A stretch of 64,000 nt of DNA from an uncultured Nitrososphaeraceae archaeon (GCA_963729045.1 CAVSMN010000015.1:139474-203473); one strand, 5' to 3'. Counted from the stretch's first letter, positions 10,030 through 20,616 are shown. Made by a program: numbers and translations. Notes: a model not told the origin generated them from the sequence alone.

Positions 10030-11386
10030 TATCTAGTTGCTCCTTGGCTTGGCTTGGCTTGGCTGAGTTTGCACCGTACTGATAGGAAGAAATTACATCA
10101 TTTGGATTGTTAGTATGTTGTTGGTTGTTATGGAGTGAGTTCTTATCAAGCTCATAGGAAGTGTGGTTATATACCATATTATTATTTTCTAAATCCGTAT
10201 TCTTTACACCATTCTGACTAGAATCTGCTACGAGATAGGATTGATTGTTGGGAATAGATGCATTATTTGGGTTTTCTGCACTATTGCTCCTCAGATCAGC
10301 GTCATTTTTATCGTCTTGGCTGTTATCTATCACTTTGAACATACCCATCCAACCCTTTTCTGCAAATTCTGTTTTATGAGCGTGGAACATGTAATTTCCT
10401 GGATATTTATACTTGAATTCTAAGATACCTCTTTCTCCTTGACTCATAGTTACGATGTCATTTAGCTCCGCAGGAGTTTGACTGGTTCCACTTGGATAAT
10501 AGTTAAACATGTTAGCGTGCAAATGAAAGTTGTTTATTGGATCAAACTCTAGCATATTGACGAGATAAATTCTTGTTAGCTCATCCTTTTTGATCTCTAT
10601 TGGATTGTGCATATAGAAATATGGAATTCCATTTACAGTGTAAAAGTTATTTTCCGTGTCAAAGTCGGTATCATAACCATTCATAACCATGACCATTTCA
10701 TCTGCCTGAGGTCTTGGAGTCTTTGGATCAATAATCATCACACCATATAGTCCATGTGTTATATGTTCTTCTAGAGGTGTCATGTGACAATGGTATGGAT
10801 AAACACCAAATGGTTCAGCCGTAAATTCATACGTGAACTTGCCCTTTGGGCCAATCATGTCAAAAACCCCGTCCATCTCTGCTGGATGAATTCCGTGGGT
10901 GTGCAGTGAATGAGGTTTTGAACCGTTATTTATGAAATTGATCTTTAGGTGATCACCTTCTGTAGCTCGAATTGTCGGGCCAGGTATTGTGCCATTGTAC
11001 GTCCATACATTGTAAAAAACCCCTGGTGACACTTCTTTTATTTCCGAATCCGAAGCAATTAGTGTGTATTCCCTTAGTGTGGTTCCATTTGGATATTTTG
11101 ATACGTGTCCATAATTGAATTCACGTAAATATTGATTCGGATCTACTACTGCATTTTTTGAGTTGCCAGGAATAGAAATTGGATCTAGTATGTCTCCAGT
11201 TGATCTGAACACAGGATAGCCTGGAGTATGACTTCCGATCATTTTCCTATTGTCGGTCGAGTTTTGAGCATGGGTATCAAAAGATGGATTTAATGGGTTA
11301 AGCAGGTAGGTAGACATAATCAAAGCTACCGTAATTACAAATACAATTGAAAAAAGGGGCAATGCCAATCGCCTAAAATTTTGCAT
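10019..11386 (-). CDS. Membrane-anchored two-domain multicopper oxidase (type-1 Cu site in domain 1)
   Basis: HSLHTHG and YHCHMTPLEEHITHGLYG in domain 1; FHLHAN and FHAH in domain 2; N-terminal TM anchor. Confidence 0.92.
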   Translation of the reverse strand: MQNFRRLALPLFSIVFVITVALIMSTYLLNPLNPSFDTHAQNSTDNRKMIGSHTPGYPVFRSTGDILDPISIPGNSKNAVVDPNQYLREFNYGHVSKYPNGTTLREYTLIASDSEIKEVSPGVFYNVWTYNGTIPGPTIRATEGDHLKINFINNGSKPHSLHTHGIHPAEMDGVFDMIGPKGKFTYEFTAEPFGVYPYHCHMTPLEEHITHGLYGVMIIDPKTPRPQADEMVMVMNGYDTDFDTENNFYTVNGIPYFYMHNPIEIKKDELTRIYLVNMLEFDPINNFHLHANMFNYYPSGTSQTPAELNDIVTMSQGERGILEFKYKYPGNYMFHAHKTEFAEKGWMGMFKVIDNSQDDKNDADLRSNSAENPNNASIPNNQSYLVADSSQNGVKNTDLENNNMVYNHTSYELDKNSLHNNQQHTNNPNDVISSYQYGANSAKPSQAKEQLDNER

Positions 11387-11397
11387 AATCTATATTA

Positions 11398-11432
11398 CTT
11401 AACTAGGTTAATAAATGTTAACCTTGGTTAAG
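11398..11432. promoter_or_regulatory. Tandem palindromic operator upstream of the mco-zip-mntR operon
   Basis: TTAACTAGGTTAA (11399-11411) and TTAACCTTGGTTAA (11418-11431) lie immediately upstream of the start codon at 11386. Confidence 0.65.
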
Positions 11433-11736
11433 TTTTTCATATTTGAGTTCTATGATCTGCGAACCATACCGTCGATAGGGTAAATCTACGTCCGTTTGAA
11501 AATCAAATGGAAATTTCAGTCGTCAATTGCTTGAAGTCGGCATATTCTACTTTGATATCTAACAAGTCTAATCTTTTTGGCCCGAAAGTTGGAGAGGGGA
11601 TCTGAAGAATAATACAAAACAAAACATGAAAAGTATCTAATACTCAATCAATGTGTTTGTCTGCAGGACAACTAATTACTAAAAACAAGTGTCATGTTTT
11701 CCTATAAGACAAAAAAATCGTTAGTTTTAGATTAAT

Positions 11737-12660
11737 TCAGACAGGTTGAATTTCTCTGATACTAAGATTCTTAAAATCAAAAGCTACGTTGTCTGCTCTG
11801 AAACTTGCTATGGGTCCTGAATTAGTTATGACGTAGTCCTTGGGTTTATTGCAATTTGCACTGCTAAATTCTTTATCTGAACTATTGGCAAACCAGCCAC
11901 CATCATCAGTAATCTCGTTAACCTTCTTCCATACATTATCATTATTATCATCAATAAATGATTCCATTTTGACACTACTATCATTATCCTGGTTGTAAAT
12001 TATTATCTTCCATCCGATCCATCTATCTAACAGAGGATTCTCAGTTGCCTTAGCGGAACCTCTAGAATCGGTGTATCCGCCGGTATGCCAGATTTCCTTC
12101 TTCCAAGCTGCCTCCATGTTTACCACGTCAATTCCTCCATTTAATGCGGTTCCTTCACAAGGATTTTGATTATTATGTGAGCCTCCCCGTGCACGCCATG
12201 TAAAATCAGGAGCCAAAGACTCCGAGTCCCCATTATCGGTTCCTCCTTCATTTTCTTGATTGGTATCATAAACTGACTTTATCTTGACATAACCAGTCAT
12301 CTCAATATTTTTCCATGGTTGTGCATTAGCTGGAGTATTTACATTCATTCTTATCTGAGTATCATTGATTGACCAGGATAAACCATCTTCTGAATTCTTA
12401 ACTATGGGAACATTTGATGTAATTGAGAAGGACTCGTCACTAAGAGGATCTTGCATGTCAATAAACCACTCTCTTCCATCTTTTGCTGTGGGATAAATCT
12501 CCTCAACTCCAAAAATATCTTTGCCTTCAGGAGTGATTACTTTTTGAGGCTCTGGTTGCTTCTCTCTCAATACAACTATCTCATAGTAATAGTAATATAT
12601 TAGAATAATCGTTATGATTGTCAAACCTACTATAGCCAGATGAGGTTTTTTTATAATCAA
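11737..12660 (-). CDS. Membrane-anchored extracellular protein, possibly a lectin or polysaccharide-lyase-like beta-sandwich
   Basis: N-terminal TM helix followed by a Trp-rich beta-strand pattern (WKNIEMTGYVK, RWIGWK, SFRADN). The fold assignment is inference only. Confidence 0.55.
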   Translation of the reverse strand: MIIKKPHLAIVGLTIITIILIYYYYYEIVVLREKQPEPQKVITPEGKDIFGVEEIYPTAKDGREWFIDMQDPLSDESFSITSNVPIVKNSEDGLSWSINDTQIRMNVNTPANAQPWKNIEMTGYVKIKSVYDTNQENEGGTDNGDSESLAPDFTWRARGGSHNNQNPCEGTALNGGIDVVNMEAAWKKEIWHTGGYTDSRGSAKATENPLLDRWIGWKIIIYNQDNDSSVKMESFIDDNNDNVWKKVNEITDDGGWFANSSDKEFSSANCNKPKDYVITNSGPIASFRADNVAFDFKNLSIREIQPV

Positions 12661-12851
12661 CCTATAATTTGTTATTTTGAACCATTTTTAAACTTTGGTA
12701 CTTTACATTTATTTGGCAGTAAAGGCCTAATTTTGAGCCAAAGTTTGAATGGCTCTCATCTTTTTTCTCTTGGCTCTAGATTAAAAGACCTTTGATTATC
12801 TATTAATTCTTAACCTAGTTAGTAAGGCAAATACATTCTAAAAACCTAATT

Positions 12852-12881
12852 TAATTAATAAACCAAATTGTATATTAATTA
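12852..12881. promoter_or_regulatory. Inverted-repeat operator upstream of the SufR-like regulator
   Basis: TAATTAATAAAC-N6-GTATATTAATTA; 12-bp arms with 1 mismatch. Confidence 0.55.
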
Positions 12882-12914
12882 GGAATGCTCTATTCAAGTA
12901 TCTTATGAATTCTA

Positions 12915-13584
12915 ATGAGGAATTATAATGAAATGAAATCTGAAACCTTTTCACAATCTGATCCAAAAAGAAAAATACTGTATTATCTTAAAGTCATGAA
13001 GCAAGCAGGATTAAAGGACTTGTCAAAAGTTATGAAGATTTCTAGAATGGCTGTACACAAGCATTTGAGTGACTTACAAGATAGAGGGTTGGTTGAAAGC
13101 GCGGAAATTCGAAAAGGCGTGGGGAGACCTACAATGCAATATTCATTAACAAGTACTGGTAAAACTGCATTTCCAAAATCATATGGTGAAATAGCAACAC
13201 ATGCTTTGGACTATCGTAGAAAAAAAAATGGGTAAGGATGCAGTAGAGTCGGTATTGCGGGAGCGTCAAAAGGAGTTATTAGAAAAATATAGTATTCGTA
13301 TGAAAGATATGAAATTCAATGAAAAAGTAAAAGAATTAGCAAGGATTAGGGATGAAGAAGGCTATATCGCCGAATCCAAAAAAGACAGAAAACGCAATTC
13401 TCATACTCTACTGGAGTACAATTGTCCAATAATAATGATAGCAGAAAAACATTGGGAGGCTTGCTCCATTGAAACAGAATTATTCGAACATGTACTGGAT
13501 GCTAAAGTAGAAGTAACCCATAGAGCAGCCAAAGGAGATTCAATTTGTAAGTTCTTGATTAAAGAAAAGAGCGAGTATCTCTAA
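12915..13584 (+). CDS. ArsR-like HTH regulator, SufR/COG2345 type (frameshift near 13216)
   Basis: HTH ISRMAVHKHL and GVGRP wing; C-terminal EYNCPI...ACSIETELF...SIC Cys triad. Removing one base joins ORFs 12915-13235 and 13201-13584. Confidence 0.85.
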
Positions 13585-13630
13585 TTTTTGTTCTAGTCAC
13601 CTATTTAACATCTGTGAATTCTAATTTATA

Positions 13631-13660
13631 TAATTTGTAAACTATTATATTTATAAATTA
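13631..13660. promoter_or_regulatory. Second copy of the 12-6-12 operator, upstream of the FMN reductase
   Basis: TAATTTGTAAAC-N6-ATTTATAAATTA, same geometry as 12852-12881. Confidence 0.5.
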
Positions 13661-13732
13661 CCATAACGAATATGAATGTGTGAATAAAACAAATTATACT
13701 TTTCGGATCAATATAGGTGGTAGTTACTAGAG

Positions 13733-14323
13733 ATGACCTTAAGGGTTCTAGGTGTTGGATCTAGTATGAGGCGAGATTCTTTTAGCACTGAAACTTTGAA
13801 GATCATATTAAACAAAGTTAACAAAAATGGCGCAGATACTAGATTATTGAATCTCTATTCAAATCCTTTGCCCATGTATACTGCAGAATACAATGAAAAA
13901 TTAGGTGGCATTAAACAAGCCGTTGAATTGGTTAACTGGGCTGATGCTATTGTTCTTGCAACACCAGACTACCATGGTTCAATGGCAGGATCACTGAAAA
14001 ACTTTTTAGATTACTTTTGGGCAGAGTTTGCCGGAAAGACATTTGGGTACTTTTGCTCCTCGCATGAAAAAGGCTTGACTGTAATGGATCAGATGAGAAC
14101 TGCTATAAGGCAATGCTACGGTTGGAGTTTACCATATGGGATATCTATAAACTCAAATCAGGATTTTAATGCGGACCGCGAGATCATAAACTCTCAATTG
14201 CTCGGTAGACTTGAAAGTTTTGCAAGAGACTTGGTAGTATATGGTGGCTTAATTAGCAATCAATTTAAAAAGGATTTGAATTCAACAATACGAAATTCTT
14301 ATGCAGTACACTACAGAAAGTAA
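13733..14323 (+). CDS. NAD(P)H-dependent FMN reductase (flavodoxin-like fold)
   Basis: GSSMRRDSFS and ATPDYHGSMAGSLKNFLD. Confidence 0.9.
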   Translation: MTLRVLGVGSSMRRDSFSTETLKIILNKVNKNGADTRLLNLYSNPLPMYTAEYNEKLGGIKQAVELVNWADAIVLATPDYHGSMAGSLKNFLDYFWAEFAGKTFGYFCSSHEKGLTVMDQMRTAIRQCYGWSLPYGISINSNQDFNADREIINSQLLGRLESFARDLVVYGGLISNQFKKDLNSTIRNSYAVHYRK

Positions 14324-14549
14324 AAGCGGAATATTGGTCCCACACAATCAAGAACAAAGATATTTTGACTTTATTTCCTAGTAACAGGCTAAGATGATAA
14401 ATAACCAATATTTCTTGAAATCCATTTAATAAAAAAGACACAATGTGAGTAGTTTTGGTAGCATGGGATTTAACTCTGCGTTAAAACTTAAACCACACTG
14501 TAACTCCTTTCCTAAGATACTTTGAATAAAAAAAGGTAATAGCAAGAAT

Positions 14550-15488
14550 TTATTTTGCCTTGAAAGTTTTTTTTAATAGTAAAATCCCCACATAATAAGG
14601 AATATTGAAAAATGCAGCTAACGCAGCGACCTCAGTTCCAAAGAATTGTTGAGCAAACACCACTATCAAAATATTGTTAATGTATATCATTGAAATCATT
14701 GTTGATATTCTATCATCCTTTGATAGACCCATCAACCTGGAGATGCCATAACCTGTCAATCCATAATAACCAAATAATATAAACGCTAAAATGATATTTT
14801 CTACAGTTACGAGGGAATTGGAAAAAAAGAAATAAGAATATTTGGCAAAAACCCCTAGATTGATTAGAAAAATGAAAACAAGTGAGAGGTTTAGTGATTG
14901 TTTATTGATTAGATCCGTGAGTTTAGGGGAAATCTTTTTTAAAAGCTGACTAGCTATCAAAGGCAGCATTAAAGCTACCAATAGAAGTACTATCATGTCG
15001 AAAATAGGAATTGCAAAGTTGCTACTAAAAAATAGAAATATTAAAATAGGTAACAAAAATGGAACAGTTAATGAAGTTGCTATTATTAATCCTACCACTA
15101 TTGGTAATCTGCCTCCAACAAAGTTTACAACAAAGGGTGATCCTAGCCCTGTTGATATGCCCGATAATAAAAACACTGACAACATTAAATTTGCACTTAT
15201 AGGAACAATGGTAAGTGAAAACAGGTTCATTATTGCGTATAAACCGACCGGAATTAACACTAGTTTCGCTATTGTAAGTATTATCAGATTCTTCGGATGG
15301 GAAAACACTGTATAAAGTTCTGACAGATTTATATTGATTAGATTAAACAAAAGTAAGAGTCCAAGCCACAATAACAAGTACGGTTCTACCAGGATTCCTA
15401 TATTTGGGAATAATAAACCTAATATTGTCGAAAATAGCACCGATAAACCTAGGTAATAAAAAGTGCGACTAGAATTCGTCATGTGCAT
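14550..15488 (-). CDS. Bile acid:Na+ symporter (BASS/Acr3-like) membrane transporter
   Basis: About 9-10 TM helices with BASS-like spacing (LVLIPV, STGLGSP, NNIL). Confidence 0.7.
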   Translation of the reverse strand: MHMTNSSRTFYYLGLSVLFSTILGLLFPNIGILVEPYLLLWLGLLLLFNLININLSELYTVFSHPKNLIILTIAKLVLIPVGLYAIMNLFSLTIVPISANLMLSVFLLSGISTGLGSPFVVNFVGGRLPIVVGLIIATSLTVPFLLPILIFLFFSSNFAIPIFDMIVLLLVALMLPLIASQLLKKISPKLTDLINKQSLNLSLVFIFLINLGVFAKYSYFFFSNSLVTVENIILAFILFGYYGLTGYGISRLMGLSKDDRISTMISMIYINNILIVVFAQQFFGTEVAALAAFFNIPYYVGILLLKKTFKAK

Positions 15489-15757
15489 TTGTCATATCAC
15501 CGCCATTATCATCAAATAGGTTTATTGAATAAAAAAGTTAGACATTGCAACACCCTGGAGTAATTCTACATCCCTTTCAAGAGTATTTTTGTTATATTCG
15601 TCTTCTTTGCTTTCTAAGATTTCAATTTTTGAAATAAACATCAATTTTTGTATCTTGACAATGAAATATTTTTGCTGGTTCATGGAATTTGCACCAAAAA
15701 GATTCCTTTTACATAGAGAGAACCGAATTCATTTTCTAATAACCCACTATGTTACCA

Positions 15758-16114
15758 CTATAGTAACTTTAAATGCCCAGTCAATTTATCCAATTTTGTT
15801 GAATAATCTGGACCAAACCCGCAACATGTCAAGGTGTTAGGTTCTATCTGAGTTTTTCCAGCATCTCTGATCACTGTAGTAATGATACCATATGCTTGAG
15901 CCTTTTTTATTATATCTATTAGTTCTCTTTCCGATTGGATCTTTAATACTGCTTTTTTTTGACCACCGTAATTAAACCAATTAGCAACATGGTCTGGGTT
16001 TTGCCACACTACAGAACTACATGCATGTCCTACTTGGCCAGCAATTTTTCCGACACCCATTCCAAGATCTTTTCTTACTACTACTACGTATTTTATGTCG
16101 TCACTGCTGTTCAA
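15758..16114 (-). CDS. pth2: Peptidyl-tRNA hydrolase 2
   Basis: VRKDLGMGVGKIAGQVGHA, GQKKAVLK, IRDAGKTQI and DKLTGHLKLL. Confidence 0.95.
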   Translation of the reverse strand: MNSSDDIKYVVVVRKDLGMGVGKIAGQVGHACSSVVWQNPDHVANWFNYGGQKKAVLKIQSERELIDIIKKAQAYGIITTVIRDAGKTQIEPNTLTCCGFGPDYSTKLDKLTGHLKLL

Positions 16115-16477
16115 TAATCTAAAAATGAGAATGAATTATATAAATTAAGCAAGATGGTAAATATGAATATTCTTGAAAATCTGCTAATTCTATCAATCTA
16201 ATCCAAAGAATGTACGTTTCTCTGCAATATTTCTAATAGATTGATGCATTTACTGCTCTCCTGTTTAGCTACTATGATTTCTATAAAACAATGCATCAGA
16301 TTGCAATTGACAATTTTATTAACAAGAGCATAAGCTATGAAGAATAGTTACGATTTTATGAATTAATACCTTCTTCCTAAAAATGGTACTGTCATAAAGA
16401 TTCACTATTGTTACCTCAGTTACATATCAACTATGGTGATATATTTAGCTGGAGAAAAAAATCAATTCATATCTTAA

Positions 16478-17347
16478 TTAGTCGTCTTTATTTCCATCTG
16501 ATGTCATTTTCTTTTTCATTATGAAGCTTATCTTACCGTTCGATTCCAATCGGGCATACTTAATTTCACTTGCATCTTCTAATCCGTTTAATCTCATTTC
16601 GGCCTCAAATTCTGCTTTATCCATTTTGGCTTTCTTTAGACCGTCATTGACAATCGATCCATGTTCTACTAACAAGATTGGTTTAGGTTCTATGGATTCT
16701 CTAAATCGCCTACTCTTTAAAGTCAAATAGTCAATTACTTTAAAGAATATAACTGCAATTATGACGGCAGCCATAGCCTGTGGGATAGATATTTCTTTAT
16801 AAATCATAGGATCGCCAATCGCTGATCCCAATCCAACTACGATTAATAATCCAAAAGGAGATAACTGCCCGATTCCTTTTCCACCAAGCCATTTTACTAT
16901 AACAAAAACCAAAGTGGCGATTATTGCAGTTCTTATGATTACAGATAAAATAGAAGATGGGTCTGGAATTAAAGCGTCATAAATTACTTTGTAAGGTGAG
17001 GTACGAGAGTCCGCACTCTGTCCACCACCGTCAGTCCCAGATTCCTGTGATTCAGATGACGTTGCGGATGACACGTTATTTAGCATTAGTTGTTCTGAAA
17101 TACTATTATCGTTTGTACTATTGTTACTACTGTTTTCTTCCACATGCAGTAAGCTTGAACTGTCTCGAGTTTTTGTCTTATAGGATGAAGAATCTTGTTC
17201 TAATACTGTGTTTAGTGTGACTGAAATACTATTAATCTGATAAACAAGAATTCCAAAAATTACTATCATTATTGCTAGCGGTATGACTGTTATTATTATC
17301 CATATTCTTGAATTATTTATCAATCTATCAAGTGGGTATGCTATCAT
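16478..17347 (-). CDS. DUF421/YetF membrane protein with N-terminal extension
   Basis: GGKGIGQLSPF, GSAIGDPM and ARLESNGKISF. Confidence 0.85.
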   Translation of the reverse strand: MIAYPLDRLINNSRIWIIITVIPLAIMIVIFGILVYQINSISVTLNTVLEQDSSSYKTKTRDSSSLLHVEENSSNNSTNDNSISEQLMLNNVSSATSSESQESGTDGGGQSADSRTSPYKVIYDALIPDPSSILSVIIRTAIIATLVFVIVKWLGGKGIGQLSPFGLLIVVGLGSAIGDPMIYKEISIPQAMAAVIIAVIFFKVIDYLTLKSRRFRESIEPKPILLVEHGSIVNDGLKKAKMDKAEFEAEMRLNGLEDASEIKYARLESNGKISFIMKKKMTSDGNKDD

Positions 17348-17783
17348 ATATGTTAATGTTAGTAACTACAATCAAATAGCAAAATTTCTAGGTGTCTAAA
17401 ATTTAGTTATATGTTTTAAAAAAATTGATAACGAAATTTCAACGTTTCTGCTTTGGTAAAGTCTTTTACATGCTAAACTGGTACAATCGAATTAGTCGGG
17501 TGTCCGTATGTGTGTAATCAATTACATTTGTTAACATAAAATACATGTCTTTAGATATTTTACTAATATACAATTTGGTTGGGTGTCATCGTCTAATTGT
17601 CTTTTATTATGAACCTTTATCGATGTAAAGTCAGAAAAATCATTGCAAGTTAGTTTACTTTCATGACATTTTCGATATTTGCAAAAAGAGGATAATTAAG
17701 ATACATTTTTTGTAAAGACAACTGGATAGGGATACAAATTGATACTTGGTTTCTTATAACCTTTGTAGATTAAGATTTCATAG

Positions 17784-19589
17784 ATGCAAGATACCAAACC
17801 CATCGGAATTACCTTCGTATCTGAAAATTTTTCAAATTCCATAGATTCGTTTTGGATCATAGTCAAACCTGAAATCCTGATAAATCCTTTTGACTTTATT
17901 AGTGTGGATAATGTTCAAAGCACCAAAACTATTGGAATGGTTAAAGAACTCAAGAGGATCTATATAGATAGAGAAACTATTTCTAAAAATCAATATTCCT
18001 CTCAGTTTGATCTACTTTTAAATACGGAGGAGAAGGTGGGTGATGGCATGACAGTGGCAAAGGTTGATGTGATTGCCAATCGTCAATTTCACACGATTCA
18101 AGAGGAATTTTCTTCAAATACTTCAAGTCTCAATAAAATACCACTAAAACCAAAAAATTGGAGCATTAACATGCCCGTTCAAGAAGGAAAACTTGTTACT
18201 TTTGCAACTGCCGAGGAAGTCATTTCATCTCTTGGAATTCCAGAAATGGAACATCCTATTCCTGCAGGAGTGATTTCGATGACTAACAATGCTAAAATAC
18301 CCATAGATCTAGATGTAACGTACATTTTTGGGCCTGATACCACTCATGTTAACGCCACAGGAATCTCAGGGAACATGAAGACTGGCTACCTCCTATTTTT
18401 GTTACAGGTCCTTCACCAAAAACTATCGGAAGAAGGTATTTCTATAATTTTATTTAATACCAAAGAAAAAGATCTTTTATACATAGATAAAGAAAGAGAT
18501 GAAGCCTATACTAGTGAGGATAAAAATGAACTGGATATACTTGGTTTGAATTTAACACCATTTAACAATGTAAAATATTTTCTCCCAAGGGGAAAAGATG
18601 GTAAACCAAATTCTGCACATATTCCTGAGAAAAACTATTTCACATATTCTTTTGAATTATCAGATGTTTATGATCGCTTGGAATTGTTATTTTCCTCTGA
18701 AACAACTCTAGATCCTCAACACAATATTTCATCAATCCTAAATTACATTTATGAATTATGGCCCAACTTGAGCCAAGGGGGTGATGATAAGGCAAGTCCT
18801 CACAAACTTGCAACCTGGACGGACTTGATTAATTTTAGTGAATTTCCTGGAGAAATCGTTACCCATAAAAATACGTTGTTAAAGTTTCAAGGGATGATGC
18901 AAAAATATAGAAAGCCATCAACTCTATTTGTAGATAAAAAGGTAACAAGCAGATATCTTGGTAATGAAATTAAAAAAATGAAGAAAAATGAAGTGTTTGT
19001 GATAGATATAGCTATGCTGCCTACATTAGACGAACAAGCATTTGTAGTTGGAGATGTAATGAAAACGATAAACGAGATGTACTCCCTTGGCCATGCAAAT
19101 ACTCCTGCTGACGATTATGAGGGTGGTAGTGATGGTAGTGTTGGTGAAAATGATGATGAAAAACAGAGGACAAAAACAGAGTTGACAAAAAAACCAAAAT
19201 ATATTGTAATCTTTATCGACGAAATTAACAGATTTTTACCACGGGGGGAATCAGGTAATACGGGTCTAGGAATATCAATGTCTAATCGTTCGGCTGTTGC
19301 CGAAGAATTATTAAAAACCTTAATCACAGGCAAGTCCAGACATTGCATACTTTTCTCTGCTCAACAATTCAAAAGTCAAATTGATCAGAGCATTAACGAA
19401 AATACTGGTTTACATGTTATCACCAAGTTGGGTTTGTCCGAACTTGCTTCAAAATCTTATTCAATGGTAGACGATGCTACCAAATCAGTTATTAGCAAAT
19501 TACACAAAGGTGAGTTTATTTTGGTACATCCTGCCTTTAGACATCCTATCAAAATTGCTATACCAAAACCTACATTCAAAAAACCATGA
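17784..19589 (+). CDS. HerA/FtsK-superfamily ATPase (COG0433-like)
   Basis: N-terminal HAS-barrel-like region, variant Walker A HVNATGISGNMKT, Walker B IFIDEINRF, LFSAQQ and HPAFRHP. Confidence 0.8.
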   Translation: MQDTKPIGITFVSENFSNSIDSFWIIVKPEILINPFDFISVDNVQSTKTIGMVKELKRIYIDRETISKNQYSSQFDLLLNTEEKVGDGMTVAKVDVIANRQFHTIQEEFSSNTSSLNKIPLKPKNWSINMPVQEGKLVTFATAEEVISSLGIPEMEHPIPAGVISMTNNAKIPIDLDVTYIFGPDTTHVNATGISGNMKTGYLLFLLQVLHQKLSEEGISIILFNTKEKDLLYIDKERDEAYTSEDKNELDILGLNLTPFNNVKYFLPRGKDGKPNSAHIPEKNYFTYSFELSDVYDRLELLFSSETTLDPQHNISSILNYIYELWPNLSQGGDDKASPHKLATWTDLINFSEFPGEIVTHKNTLLKFQGMMQKYRKPSTLFVDKKVTSRYLGNEIKKMKKNEVFVIDIAMLPTLDEQAFVVGDVMKTINEMYSLGHANTPADDYEGGSDGSVGENDDEKQRTKTELTKKPKYIVIFIDEINRFLPRGESGNTGLGISMSNRSAVAEELLKTLITGKSRHCILFSAQQFKSQIDQSINENTGLHVITKLGLSELASKSYSMVDDATKSVISKLHKGEFILVHPAFRHPIKIAIPKPTFKKP

Positions 19590-19735
19590 CCTTGACTTGA
19601 CTAGAATGCATCGGCTGAATTTGTAGTATTATGTGTGTAGGGAGAGTCAATCAATTTGAAGAATTTAGTTCAGAACGCTTTCATTGTGAAAGTATTTAAT
19701 GTTTGCTTTCAAATTATTAAATAAGATAATACTAT

Positions 19736-20616
19736 ATGAGATTTGTTCAAATATCTGACTTACATATTGGTGGTTTATTTAAAAAGGATGTCTTTGATAC
19801 TTTAGTAGATGAGGTAAATAATGAATTAAAACCTGATGTCATTATTATTTCAGGAGATTTAACTGATGACGGACTATTCTTTCAGTTCGAACAGGCACAG
19901 CACGAAATAAAAAAATTCTCATGCAAGAATCTAATAATTTTTCCAGGAAACCATGATTATAGGCACACTGGCTATCTTTTATTTAGACAATTCTTTCCGG
20001 TTTCTGCGCCAAGTGGTTCGAGGGTTTACAAGTATAATAATCCAAAGAACAAGAACCAAACAGTAATAGTTACTACGGTTGGAACTGCAAGAGCAGATAG
20101 AGATGAGGGTGAAGTTGGATATAGACAAAACCTATGGTTAAACAAGATTCTAAAAAAATATCATATTCCGAGACCTTCTACTAATCAGAAACAACAAACA
20201 CAAAAACCTCAAGATAAGATATAAGACAATAATAAAGATTGTTGCAATGCATCACCACTTGATTGCCATACCTGATACAGGTTATACAAATGTAGTAGGA
20301 ATATCTGATGCAGGTGATGTTTTAAGGACATGTCTGGCTAATGATGTTGATATTGTTATCTGTGGTCACAAGCACAGACCTTGGATATGGGATCTGAGGT
20401 ACAATGAAAATAGCCTATGCCGGCACAGCTTGCTCTTGGAGATATAGGGGGATTTTTGAGGATACCTATAATATTATAGATATAGGAGAGGATGGCAAAA
20501 TCGAAATAGATATCAAAATAGTTGGGGGAAAAAGAATGCCATTGTCTGAGGTAGTTAATCAGTATAATCCGGAGGATAGGGTAACACGAATTGCCGATAT
20601 GATGTCACCAGATTAA
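19736..20616 (+). CDS. Calcineurin-like metallophosphoesterase (CpdA/Icc-like), two frameshifts
   Basis: ISDLH, SGDLT, GNHD, MHHH and CGHKH are spread over ORFs 19736-20224, 20247-20447 and 20404-20616. Confidence 0.85.

Noticed and set aside
10019..11386. Copper nitrite reductase NirK
   Set aside because: HxH motifs in both domains (HTH, HCH, HLH, HAH) indicate a trinuclear-cluster two-domain multicopper oxidase rather than NirK.
13201..13235. Programmed ribosomal frameshift at the A9 run in the SufR-like gene
   Set aside because: The frame is most simply restored by removing one C just before the run, and similar indels occur throughout the window.
19736..20616. Mre11/SbcD nuclease as the HerA partner
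   Set aside because: Its size and motifs (MHHH, CGHKH) fit CpdA/Icc-type enzymes, and no Rad50 or NurA gene is adjacent.
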